From the human T2T-CHM13v2.0 reference genome, Homo sapiens: a DNA stretch of 64,000 nt. This document shows, piece by piece, positions 50,144 through 64,000 of the stretch. Within the stretch, counting starts at the first letter, position 1. Every line of letters begins with the position of its first letter. The DNA is taken from the NCBI RefSeq assembly GCF_009914755.1, contig NC_060942.1; one strand, written 5' to 3'. The position numbers and the translations under genes are program-made. Below the pieces are notes generated by a model that ran no database searches, was not told where the DNA came from, and saw only the letters and a program-made list of their open reading frames with translations.

Positions 50144-52745
50144 GTCTAAGAGTTCATTAAACATGGTAAAGAGCAAAGATTATAAGTAGGTTAACAGTGG
50201 ATAGAGAGATAATGATCAAAACTAATTTTAATAAGTAATTGAACCATTGGTTGTTTCTTCTCAACTTCCTTTCTGGAATATAGACTTTATGAGGGCAAGC
50301 CCCATGATATTTATAAAATTATCTCAATAACCCTCTTACCTTGGAGGTGGGCACTCTAATAAATAAATAGATGAAAGGCGAAGAAAAATGAAAAAACAAT
50401 GTGTTTGAAGAAGTGACTGTGTTTCTCTGTGTGTGTGTGCATGTGTGTGTGCAGAATCTGTAGGATGTTATGAGCTTATTGATTAGCTTATTGATTATTA
50501 GAATGGGAAGGAAAATTTAGGGTCAGATTAAAATGGGCCTTGAATTATAATTATCACATTGGATATGTTTATCATTTGTAGAAAATTTGAAGTCATTTCA
50601 GGTGATTTAGCCATGATGTTTTTATTCTCTTCTTCTTTAAACTTACAATGTGATATAAAAAGTAAGGGGCCTCTCACTCAAATCACAGTGAAATTTTTAA
50701 ATCTTCCTTGCCTAAAAATTAGTTGATATCAGACTTTTAAAACTTGCTTGTCATTTAACCCTTCTTCATCTTCTATTCTCCTTAAACAGTTAACCATGTC
50801 TTTAGACATGAGTCTATACCTTGAATTAAAACAAAAGGAAAATGATCAATTTTCACCAGATCCAGAATTTTCTATTCTGAAAGTGGTAAAATGAACAGGA
50901 ACTCCTTTTCTATTCCATTTAGTTACAATGTAAGCTAATTTGAATTATACGGATTTTACTTAGCTCCATATGTTATATGAGTAAATTCTCGATTTGTGTG
51001 TAAAACTCAAAATCATCTTTCAAATATTGCCATCTGGAGGCATTGTAAACTTTGTTTATGCCATTGCCTTGTGCAGGTATTATTTGAGTTTGTAAACACC
51101 GTTATTAATTATTTTTCATCTGGATTGATTTTGATTTGCATGAGGTTTTACTAATGTGTTCCCATACAAAACACACAATTACTCTTCACATCATATAGTT
51201 CTGGGCACCACGTCAAATATGTGAGAAAAATTTCCCCAAATGTATTCTATATATGGGTTCAACTACTACCACATGTTGTTTCAGCTTTATATTGAATTAG
51301 TAAATTCTCTGTGAAATGTCATCTATTTCTACACATATGCCCCTCGGGACATCTGTCCTATTTGTCAATACCACAATCTGGGCATCTGTCAAAATTACAG
51401 GCTATACCGACGTTTAGGCCCCTACATTGATTGGCTCTATCACAGGGTATGTAAAATAAACAAAGTTTAAAACATCATCAAAATGGGACCATATGTCTAA
51501 ACCTATCTCATGACCCTTAGCAGAAGGAATGAGTGTTACTACGAATTGTCCCATCTTTCCGGGAACCTGAACTAGACACAGTAAAGAAGTCTCTTGCTAA
51601 ATAAATGGGTCCTTCTGGCTCTACAGTAGGTCAATGTAGATATTAGTCTGCTACCTTATGTGTTCTTTTTATTTTCTGGCAGCTGACAAATAAAATTACT
51701 TCAAACTCTAAGATGAGAAAAATAAAGTTTGAAAATCCAAATTTCTTATGCCATCTTTGAAGGAATTGCAAATGTCTTAAGCCATCTCTGAATGAATGAC
51801 ATTCAGAAACAGCAAAATATTGACATCCTTACCTTCAAGTGTCCCTGTTATCTTCAAGCAACCCTGTTCCAACAGCGAAATTTTAGCCCTGTGAAACAAT
51901 CCCCAGGGACTGTGAAAATATGAATTGATTTTAAAGGATGGCTGGTTAGCTGACAGGGTCTCTGCTTTCCAAAGCATTGCCAATTCAGTGTTGAACTGCT
52001 CATAGGGGTTATTTTAAACTAACCCAACTGATGGTATAACAGTCTTAGGGTTTCTGAACCAACTTGCTTATATGAGCAAGGAATGAAATTATAAGACAGA
52101 CACGGAGGAATTCTGAAAATTCCTTGTGGACAAAGAGGAGTTGGGCAGAGAAAAGCTTGTGCACTCACTCTTTCAGACTGTGTGAAAAGAAATGAAGTCC
52201 TTTTTTACTTTTATTTTATTTTCAAGTCATTATTTTTCAATCGTACTCCTTTGGTTGCTAGTGAAGTAAATATTGTTCCCAAGTGACTTTAATTTCCCCA
52301 AATTACAGGAACTATAAATAAACATTCACAAATTTTGCATTTATATTATCAAGTAAGATATTTTTATACAATCATCTTTAAGTTGGGTTTGTTTATTTGA
52401 ATACATTTCATGAACATCTTAGTTCAGCTTAGCATTTTAATGCTACTGAAATGTTTTATCACAAATAATGGGCCTAATTATGAACTCATGATAGGTCACC
52501 AATTTCTGGATTTTCTCCCAAATCACCATCAAGTCTGTGAAAAGAGCCGTTGAATCATTTGTTTTTAAACATAAACCAAGCAAACCTTTCTAGGAACTGA
52601 AAACTATATTTTCCCATTAATGTGATCATTTCAGGAATTTTGCTAAATAAGGGGTCAATATAAACCAACAAAAATTACCCATACTCACCATCAAGAGGTA
52701 GTCGTGGTAACTTATTTTTGTATTTCCTTCAATTCTTTTCTAAGC

Positions 52746-53143
52746 TTTTTTTTTCAACTTTTATTTTAGAATTGGGGGTATGCATGCAGGTTAGCTGCAA
52801 AGGTATATTGAGTGATGTTGAGGTTTAGAGTATGAATCAATCTTTCACCGAGGTAGTGGGCATAAGATCCAAAAAATAGTTTTTTGGCCCTTGCCTCTCA
52901 CCCTCTTTCCATCCTCTAGTAGTCCGCAGTGACTATCCTTTCCACCATTATGACCATGAATACACAATAGTTAGCTCCTGCTTATAAGTGAGAACATGCA
53001 GTATTTGGTTCTATTTCCATGTTATCTTGCTTAGGATAATGGCCTCCATATGCATCCATTTTGCTGCAAATAACCTAATTTGGTTCTTTTTTATGGCTGT
53101 GTAGAATTCCAGTGGTATACATGAGCCACTTTTTCCTTATCTA
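52746..53143 (-). mobile_element. L1PA (PA15/16-like) 3' end
   Basis: tttcaacttttattttaga...cttataagtgagaacatgcagtatttgg. Confidence 0.9.
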
Positions 53144-53549
53144 CCAGAAGATATTTTTAACAACTACTTTAGTGGAGAATGAAATCACCTTTGGTCAGAA
53201 AAGATGGACTCTCAGCAAAATTTTAGAAAGAGATACAGAAGGAGATTTGGAGCATGTGAAAATGCATAAAATAAGAACACCATTGTCATAATCTAAATTG
53301 CAGGTTAACCAGATTGCCAGCAGATCCAATTTATTTTGATTTACAAGAAGTAACATACGTTTCCCATCAGATTATTGGCAAAAATGTATTTATTGCCAAC
53401 CTTGGCCACATTTTGTCTTTGAGTTTTCTTGATAAAGTTCAGGTGTTGAAAATGGAGTAGGGGTAAGAGGAACAATCTCAAAATCAGAAAGCAAAATGAA
53501 TTTCTCTGTCTTTTTAAATCTGCCCTTGGGACAGGCCTGAGTTTTTAGG

Positions 53550-54004
53550 CATAGTAGGTTCAACAGTGGATCTCCAAAGATATGTTCAACTGGAATCTCA
53601 GAATGTAACTTTATTTGGCATAAGAATCTTTGTAGATGTAATTAAGGTTAGCATCTCAATTTGAGGTCATGCTGGATTGAGATAAGCATGAAATCCACCA
53701 ATGAGTGTCCTTATAAGAGACAGAAAAGGAGAATACAAAGAAACATAGGGAATAATGACATATGAAGACAAAAGTAGAGACTGGAGTTATGCTGCCATCA
53801 GCCAAGCAATGCCTGGGGCCACCAAAAGCTGGAAGAGGCAAGGAAGAATTAAAATTTTTCCCTAGGGCTTTTGGAAGGAACATGGTCCTCTGACACTTTG
53901 ATTCCAAACTTCTGGTTTCTACAACTGTGAGAGAATAAATATCTGTTGTTTTAAGTCACCAGCTTGGATGTAAATTATTATGGCAGCCTTACAAAACTAG
54001 AAGA
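53550..54004 (+). mobile_element. MLT1 (B/C-like) LTR
   Basis: cagaatgtaactttatttgg...gctggaagaggcaaggaa...aactgtgagagaataaat. Confidence 0.88.
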
Positions 54005-54627
54005 CTAGATACGTGCTCTTATTGTTAAACCCAACCAACCAACCAACCAACAGACAAACAGCATCCAACATGATCTAATGTTTTCTTCATATCCCTCATG
54101 ATGAAAGGAAGGTACATGGAAAGAACTGGAATTGTCCTGAGTTAATCCACTCACTGACACTCTAGCCCAAACTTGAGGGGAACCATCCAAATCATAGTGA
54201 GTAGGTCACAGGAGGATGTCACATGTCACAGGAGGATACTAATCCCACCATTCACAATGTCTTTGCCCAGGGAATGGGGTGTGTTATGAGGCATTATACC
54301 ACCTGGGCCTACACTAGGCAGGGATTGGCCTGAAAGCACATCCTTCATATATCTTCTGCTGCCTGTAGCATGTATGATGCACTCAAAATCTTAAGAGCCC
54401 ATGGCTTTGCATACAGATATAAGGTTTTTTTATATAAAGGATGGATAATGAGGATGTTATTAAAGCCACACTGTCCCAGGCTGGGACACAATTTGAGAAC
54501 CCAGCACTGCACATCTGAGCCTAAACACAAAAATTGGCCATCCTCTGTCAAGCCAGTCAACAAGATGTTACAGGCTGCAGTTGTTATGTGGGACTTAAAG
54601 ACAGAAAATTTTCAATGGCAAGGCTTA

Positions 54628-54972
<345 letters not shown>

Positions 54973-56409
54973 CTAAAATCATAAATAAATACATAAACAA
55001 GCAAACAAATTATCCCTGCCCCTGAAAAGCAGTCAATCAGAAGTTCTTTGTGCTACACTCCTACTAAAAGGAGATAATAGCTAATTGGTATTTACCCTCA
55101 TGGTAAAAATTCCCTTAGTGCCTTCAGAAAATATTACCATTTACCTAAGAGAGAGTTCAACAAGTGCTCTAGATGCAAGTGGAGGCAACACAGGCTGAAG
55201 AACTATTGTGTCCTGCCTCAGCATCTGCTCTCCTACTTCTGTGAAAGAGGATGCAGCTGTCCTGATGCTCTGGCTATTTCTACAGAGGAGACACAACTAA
55301 CTGATGGTCTTATCCTTCTTTCATGTATAATATGCATAAGAGGAGATTTTACATATTTTGTGTATTAAATGGCTTTGACCATGCACTTCATTTCCAAGGT
55401 GACAGTAGTTACCTTGTGAAATGATAATGAAACCACAACAAAAGTCAGCAGTGAGGATTAGCAAAGAAAAAACTGGGACCAGGAGTGGAGGTGCTGATTG
55501 AGGTATTGTAGTCACCATGTACATGTTGCTATGGAAATTATGCAAAAATGAAAGAAAAAAGGAACTAAGTAGTTGCATTGAGAAGATAGAAATGACATGG
55601 CATGTCTCTGGTAACATTATTGAAGAGACTTCTTCCATTTCCTGAGACAAGCATCTAGAATAGTTAAAAATGGGAAATTAAGGGGTTCGTCAGAAGATTA
55701 AGTTAGCATTACAAATCTCTCACATAATAAGAATCAGCATCTCTCCCCAGTCTCCTGATGAAACTTTTTGGCACTGTGTTTACATCTCAACTTCAGAAAG
55801 CTCACTTGGAATCCTCATGACTAAGCTAATTTCACTGACTTGGTTAAAAAGATATTTTCCATTTTTTTTAACAGCACAGTCTTTGCTCAAGAATGGCTCC
55901 CAGGGTTTAATCTCTTATCCTAATTCGAATCACACAGTCCATAATTTCCTGGTACCCAAACAAATTCAGTGGGCAGGCATGAACAAAATTTGGCCATAAA
56001 CACTAGTAATCACCATTTTGTTTCAAGCTTTAATAAGAGATTGTGGCTACAATGCTACTTGCCAATGGAGAGAAGTCCTCATATCAACCTCGGCAGTGGA
56101 TATGATTTATTTAAAAAAGAAAGAAACCAGGAGTCATCTGGGTAAAATTAACTGCCTGTGATATGAACTTTGATCAGCCTACCAGAACCACAACCTAGCA
56201 CCAAAATCCTTGGGTAAATCAAAAACATTAGAATAAAAAATAAAGAAAATACAGGTAAAGAGAGAGAAAGCAAAACTATTCTAAAACTCATGTCAGAGTT
56301 AATAGTCTTTAGCAGTGAAAAAAACCTTTTTTTCATTGAGGGTTAATTAGTTGCTTCACTTTCCCTTGTCTAGAAAAGATTGCTGTAGTAATTATTATTA
56401 ACACTCTTA

Positions 56410-56620
56410 ATAATAATGGTAACCAGTAATAATAATTGAGCCTTTTTACATCCCAGGTTTAGTATTATAATTGGTGCCTTATGTATTAACTCTTCTGATC
56501 CTCACCAGAGGAAGCTCACAAAGGTAACTAACTGGCTAAGCCTCTCATAGGCAGTAGGTGATACAGCCTGAAGAACCCAGATGGTTCAGCTCCTGAATCC
56601 TTCTTCTTACCATTATGTTC
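56410..56620 (-). mobile_element. MIR fragment
   Basis: taattgagcc...gtgccttatgtattaactc...gaagctcacaaaggtaacta. Confidence 0.5.
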
Positions 56621-57010
56621 TGCCACGTCTCACATAACCAGTGGGAATCCACACAGCAGATGACCCTTAACTTTGTTCTGTAAAAATTCCATAGTAGGTA
56701 AAATAAGCTATCACCCAAGGGGTTTCTCTACTCTCCAATACAGAAAATGGACATTAGCCTAGTGATACCAAAATGCTACTGTTCTTCGTGGGAAATCCTA
56801 GCCAGTTGAAACCATTAAAGGGGACAAATGTCACTGAGCATCTACTGGATGCCAGACATTATTTCACGCATTTCAATGTGATTTATCTCACTTAGTCAAA
56901 AAAATATATATATGGTAAATTTGAAGAATGGTTAAAGAAGTGGGTGAACAGCCTTGGCATTTTCTCAACACTATAATTTTTTTGGTTGTTTACTTTGTTT
57001 TTTCTTGTAA

Positions 57011-57344
<334 letters not shown>

Positions 57345-57518
57345 AACAACAGCTCACTTTCAAAATGTATGTTACTCTTTAGAATGTATTCAATCACTAG
57401 TTTTTGCTATGTGCGAGTTGTTCTTATAGTGGCCAGAGTCCCTCTTCAAATAGGTGATAAAATATCTTAAAGTATGTGAATATTCATATGTCTCAAGTTC
57501 AGTTAACAAATATAATTA

Positions 57519-57735
57519 GATTAAGCCTTGATATTTCTAATAGACTTCTCTAATAAATGTATTTTCTTAATTTCTACTATTATTAATGCTTTTTATTTAA
57601 AATTGAGGATGTGATACATAAGAAACAAATATAACTAGATAGAGCCTTCATATTTCTAAGAGTTTTCTCTAATATATAAATTTCCTTAATTTCTACCACT
57701 GTTAATGCTTATTTAAAATTAAGCATGTGATAACT
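57519..57735. repeat. Diverged ~118-bp tandem duplication
   Basis: agcctt(g/c)atatttctaa...ttctctaata...cttaatttctac...ttaatgctt...tatttaaaatt...atgtgata occurs twice. Confidence 0.88.
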
Positions 57736-59022
57736 ATTTGTTGCCACCTCATACAAAATAAAACAATGTAATATTAATTATGCTTATTGTGCATGAGCTT
57801 TGTGTCGACTTACGGTGTAAGTTGTCTAGTAGCTCAGTTAGCCCCCACTTGCCAAACTATGTAGTCATACCAATTTTTTTTTCAGATGGATAAAGGGAGG
57901 CAAGTGGGTTTTGTAACCACAGAGTTAGTCATCAGAGGTGAACAGGACCAAGATTTGAACCTGACAGTTTTTCTTCAGAGTTGGAAATCTTAATCTCCAT
58001 ACATACTTGAGGTTTTGGGATCCTCACCAAATTTTCAATTATCTAACTTAAATACGGACAATGTGAAGGTCACAAAATTACTTTCAGTTATCTCTAAGAT
58101 AAATCTCAGAGGGATAAGCAATTTTTCAGCAGATGAAATATAATCAAAACAAGAGATTATGTACCTTCTGGTCCTGTTGCCAAGAGATCACTGGTTTCCC
58201 CCAAGGCTTGATCTATTCATGAGGGCAGACTTTGGAATACTTTGAATTTCTCCTCATCTAGGTAAGCTTCGCGATGCATTATGGCAACCAGAATAATTTT
58301 ATTCAAGAATAGGAAAGGCCAGCTAGTTTAGCACACTTAGACATGAAATTTACTATTATCATATTTACTTCAATCTTATTTCTTTTCTATTTTAATTTAC
58401 AGATAGAAATTATGCAGTAGTTTTATAGGCTGACCTGTGTAAACTCCTTGTCATAATTTTTTAATACAGTCCTGAGGATTCTATACAATAATGTAATTGA
58501 GTTGCCTGCCACTCAATAAGTAATTGGCCTTCAGGTTTCTCTTAATGATGGTAAATAAGATGTTACAATTTCCTTTGTTTTCTGTAAGATATTTAATAAT
58601 GAAAGTCTCAATCTACCACAATGTTTAACTTTGGGGAACAAGATCTGAAAAGAATATACTCTTAAAAACTTAAATGTTGAATTATTCCTTCACATGTAAT
58701 GTCCTGACACTTATTTTTCTACCAGCATACAGGGAGTAAATATTCAAAATGATTGCATAAGTGTATACAAACTAGAGGCTAGGAACTGGTAAGCCTTGTC
58801 CAGATGACAAGACACTCTTTGCTAAAATTAACATTCTCTCTCACCTCAGAGGTTTCATCATTGCTATTGTTGTCGATATTGCTGTTAATTAAAACTGTAT
58901 TCTGTAAATTACCTGTGAGAGTGAGTGGTTTTAATATTACTTTAGTGTCCACATAGAAATTCTTCAGTGATGAGAAGATAAGACCCCAAAAGATTGCTCA
59001 CTGTACAGGGACTCTTGGCTAG

Positions 59023-59024
<2 letters not shown>

Positions 59025-59070
<46 letters not shown>
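59025..59070 (+). repeat. Pure poly(A)46 with no retroelement body
   Basis: Direct inspection. Confidence 0.95.
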
Positions 59071-59072
<2 letters not shown>

Positions 59073-60139
59073 CTAAATATTTCCATTGCTGAGATGTAAA
59101 AGAAGAATTCCCAAACATTTGAGGTATCTGTTTAATGTCTAAAATAAGAAGTTGAAACCTTTCACTAACAACTTGTGCTGTGAAACACGTAAGTTTAAAT
59201 GAGTAATTCAACAGTTACTGTTTGGATTTACATAGAAAGACTTTTGCCTAAGCCTGTGCTGAACACATACCAAAACAATTATGCCTAGCGCGTACACAGT
59301 GATAAGAATGTTTTCTTTTGGCATCCACTAGAGGAGAAACTTAGAGCAGCACCACTTTCTACTGCTACCCTTGGGTCCGTGCTGCGGTAGTTATTTACCT
59401 GAATTGTCCTCGGAGTAACTGAATTTCCTTGTATAAGAAATGGACCTAAAGTAATGGATTTGCCCATTAGTGAATAATATTAGAAACAGTTTCAATTGTA
59501 ATGCAATTCATGTTCAGTTCCATGCAATTTCTGCGTAGAAACACAACTGAAAGAAAAATGACAACCAATCAACCAGTAAAACTGCAATAAATACTTTTCA
59601 GGTGAGAAAACGTCAAAACAGTGTGGATTTGGAAATCCTTCCATTGTGCTAATTATAGATCTTTTTTATCTCTCTGAACACTTGTCAATAGTCATTAGGT
59701 TTATACAATTTTCTCTTTTTAATGCATCAAAAAATCACCAAATAGGAAGAAGTAAATCTGTATAACAGGACATCTAACAATTGGTTTTAAAATACATAAC
59801 CTACAGCCTAAAATAAAGAAGAAATATATACATGTGAAGCTTTTTTTGACTGACTATATTATAAAATATGCTAAAATTGTACTGCAAATGAACTCTCCTC
59901 ACCTCCCAAATAATAACAAAACATACAGTGAAACAAAATTGTACAAGTTTATATTAAGGCTCTCAAATTTAAACTAAGCATAAAAACTGAGCAATTTATC
60001 TTGGGATTCTAAAAAAAAAATGAATCTAACAAAATTCAAATTGATGATACCCGACATGTTGTCATAATATAACAAAGTTTACTCTCTGAAGAAATATCAA
60101 GTTTTAAAAATAAATAGGAACAATACCAAGCATCATCTA

Positions 60140-60445
<306 letters not shown>

Positions 60446-61159
60446 TTATCATGGGACAAAGGATAACTTTAGGTTTTTTTCTTCTAAATTGTGGATAGTG
60501 ACTATTTCGGTATTTTCTGTAATGGTATTTTCTGTAAGTGATATTACCCAGCTTTTAGGTCCACATCTTAGCCAAATCACTTCCTGAAACCTGACTTTAC
60601 AACAAAAACCTTCTTGTTCTTCCTTAGCCTGTGAATAGTGGCAGCATTTAAAATTAATACCATGCAATTACCTTCTGTTCTATGATAATCTTTCATATTT
60701 TCTCTTGTTTTCTCAAACTCTTCATAACTCTTAGGTCAAATTTCATGCACTATATAGTTCCCTTCCTTTTGTATCACCTTTATGTAGCTAAGATTATAGT
60801 AAATTCTTAACAAGAATTTATAGATTTATCGGTCAAATTATTAACCGTTCAACAAGAAGACCAAAGCCAATGTAATATTTTTAAAAGTAGGGATTAAGAA
60901 AATTACCTTTGGTATTATCCTTAAAGAGAGTTTTAGTCCTTATTTTCCAATACATACACTCAACTATACCTCCCATTTTGTAAGAAAACCAGCTGCATTT
61001 GGGAACATTTCTTAAATTGTTGAAGTCTTAACATTGATACATTTAACTATTTACTTACAATCTTTGTGAATATTATAGAGGATATTCACTAAAGATAACT
61101 AAAGAGATTGTACTCCACATGTCAGATGAATGGCTTTAAAACCTTAGTCAGTAGAATTC

Positions 61160-61310
61160 GCCAGGATTTTTGCTTAAAGTGCAAACTTCTCAGTTAGTTC
61201 CAAGTCCAGAGATTCTGAATTAACAGGCATAGAACAGACCTGGGAATCTGCATTTTAAATAAACTCAAGGTCCATCTTAAATGCACTCAGAAATAAGTGA
61301 TTTTACTACT
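61160..61310. mobile_element. MER5A-like DNA transposon
   Basis: cagagattctgaatta...cctgggaatctgcattttaaataaactc. Confidence 0.6.
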
Positions 61311-61370
61311 TGAGAAATGTAACTTGAGGAGTTTAAAATCTGTGAAATCTGTGATAAAAATTAATTATGT

Positions 61371-61657
<287 letters not shown>

Positions 61658-61891
61658 TTTAATATGTGCTTTGGCACTTTAAAGAGAAGTAAATAAATGA
61701 GTCGTGTTTGGCTTATATTCTGTCCATCTCTGCACATTTTCTTTCTTTCTTTATTCACCTTGGCTGGTCTGTGTATTTACATGTAACTTTCATGAAAACT
61801 CCATCCATCTTCATCAATACGCATAATACATACTTTGCAAGGCCCTTTTTAGAAGTCGTATTCAAATATTTCTGAGCCGGATGAATCAGTC

Positions 61892-62234
61892 TGTGTTAGT
61901 CTGTTTTCATGCAAATAAAGACATACTTGACTGGGTCATTTATAAAGAACAAGTGATTTAGTGGACTCACAGTTTCACATGGCTGGGGAGGCCTCACAAT
62001 CATGGCAGAAAGCAAAGGAGGAGCAAAGGCATGTCTTAGATGGCAGCAGGCAAAAGAGCTTGTGCAGGAGAACTCCCATTATGAAACCAACAGAGACTTA
62101 TTCATTAACATGAGAACAGTATGGGGGAGACCGCCCCCATGATTCAATTATCTCCACCCAGCCCTGCCCTTGACATATTGGGATTATTACAATTCAAGGT
62201 GAGCTTTGGGAGGGGAAACAGCCAGACCATATCA
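61892..62234 (-). mobile_element. THE1 solo LTR
   Basis: tgtgttagtctgttttc...cagaccatatca; TSD cagtc. Confidence 0.95.
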
Positions 62235-62368
62235 CAGTCCCATAATCTCTTTTGTAGTGATAAAAATCACAAATTTGAACCATTCATGATATTTTCTTAT
62301 ACTATGATTTATGAAAGATTTATGGAAGATTTACTTATTTCATTTTGTATCTCCTCCACCTTCACTAT

Positions 62369-62754
62369 TGCAATGGATTAAATGGTTGTTTTTCTCCCCC
62401 CACCCAAATTCATATGTCAAAATCCTAACCCACAATGTATGGTACTAGGAGGTGGGGTCTTTGGGAGCTAATTACATCATGAGACTGGAGCCCATGTGAA
62501 TGAGATTAGCACCCTTATAAAAAAGACCCCAGAGAACTCTCTTGCTCTTTATCTATTGTGTGAGGATGTAAAGAAAAGACGGCAGTCTGCAAGTCAGAAG
62601 AGGGTCCTCACAAGAATTCATCCATGCTGGCACTCTAATCTCATAGTTCTGAACTCAAGATCTGTGAGAAATAAATCTCTGTTGTTTATAAACCCATCCA
62701 GCTTACAAAGTGCCTAGTCTATGGTACTTTGCTCTGGCAGCCCAAACTAAAACA
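62369..62754 (+). mobile_element. MLT1A-like solo LTR
   Basis: caaattcatatgtcaaaatcctaaccc...aggaggtgggg...tgtgagaaataaat; TSD actat. Confidence 0.9.
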
Positions 62755-63679
62755 ACTATATTTTCAAGAAAAAAAATATGCATGCACATACATCTATAAA
62801 AGTCTTCCACCTGGTAACTCTGAAATAACTTTTACTTTAATGGTATTCATATAAGAAAGAAATGTATGAAGCCAAAATAAATCTCAAAATTAAGGGGGAA
62901 TATTACTTAGCAAAATGCATGTTTGCTTTGCCAAAGCCTGAAACTTTTTTCTTTTTAAGCAAATTGAAAACCTCAAAGATTTCAACATTTTTTATTACTT
63001 ATCCCAGCAAAATCATTCAGACCACTTATTTTTAAAATTAAACAGTCACTAATTTATTTCACTTTTATGCAGTTAAGATAGGAAGTGGAGGTCAATTGGA
63101 AAATAGAATTACAGGAATAGGACCATCATGAAATGATTTTTTTAATTTATTACCATTCAGAGCATCTATACTTGTTTGTCACACATTCAGAAGAATGGAA
63201 GAAAGGAGGGTAGAGAATGAGTCATATGCATTGAAAATTATTATTCAGTTTTAAAATGAGTGCCCAAAACTATAGACACTGTACGACCCTGAATTTGAAT
63301 ATTTTACATTTCATTCTTCTATTAAAATTCATTTCATTGAGAACAAAAAGAAAACAAGAAAAAATAAGAAGATAAGCATCTTCAGAGAAACAACTATAGC
63401 CCGAAACCAAAAACTGAGAAGCAAACCTTCCAAATACTGTTATATTTCAACTAAAACAAGGAGTGATCAGAGTGAGTGCTTTCACATGTATAATCAGTAC
63501 GTGTTCAGGATGGTCATTTTTTCCAGATATCATTGCCGCTACTCTGGGAGATGTAACTCAAAAACTATTTTTCTTAAAATTGTTAGATTTTATGGAATAA
63601 TGTGACCATGATATTAATAAAAGTAGGAAAGTCACTATAGAGTAACTCAGTGTTGTCTAACCATAAAATGGAAAGAATT

Positions 63680-63870
63680 TGAAGTTGTGAGAGAATTCAG
63701 GCTGATGTACTCTGTTCATTTCATATACTCTGAGTTCCAAACAGAATGAAGCTCACAGAAGTGGAAAGGAGCAAAAGAGAAAAGAATTAACCAGCATGTG
63801 ATAATATAGAGATTAGAAATGTAGATTTAGAAACCTAGGAATCTAAATCTGAGCCACATTACCTTTAGAA
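63680..63870 (-). mobile_element. MIR fragment
   Basis: gaatgaagctcacagaagtggaa...gatttagaaacctaggaatct. Confidence 0.4.
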
Positions 63871-64000
63871 AAGTGAATGCTGATAGGAGGAGAAACAATT
63901 ATCCAGTACTTAGGGAGTAAGAAAATAGTGTGACGGTATTCCATTACAAAAACATGGATTTAAAAAAAGATACAAATTGCAATGCCACCCCACTCCTGCC

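Noticed and set aside
58133-58261. Possible plus-strand coding exon ending AG|GTAAGC
   Set aside because: Stops in all three frames and a weak acceptor.

Overview
AT-rich, CpG-poor primate (human-like) genomic DNA that looks intergenic or deep-intronic. I find no protein-coding gene, RNA gene, CpG island or CRISPR. The listed ORFs are Alu, L1 or LTR read-throughs or short chance ORFs. Roughly half the window is recognisable transposon sequence: 13 Alus, nested L1PA/L1PB/L1MA/L1M fragments, MaLR LTRs (THE1, MST, MLT1), MLT2, LTR16, an LTR12 fragment, MER94, MIR and L2. I cannot support a new biological system. The most unusual signals are rearrangement scars: two old local templated insertions inside L1s (23388-23720 resembling 39631-39901; 27125-27290 resembling 28672-28840), a tail-less, TSD-less Alu with target deletion, a microhomology deletion fusing a THE1 provirus to L1 ORF2, and a tiny L1 5' inversion. 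Candidate cis-elements are a perfect ER8 nuclear-receptor site, DUX4 motifs in THE1 LTRs and a FOX/ONECUT/OCT cluster. Subfamily names come from my recall of consensus sequences, not from a RepeatMasker run.
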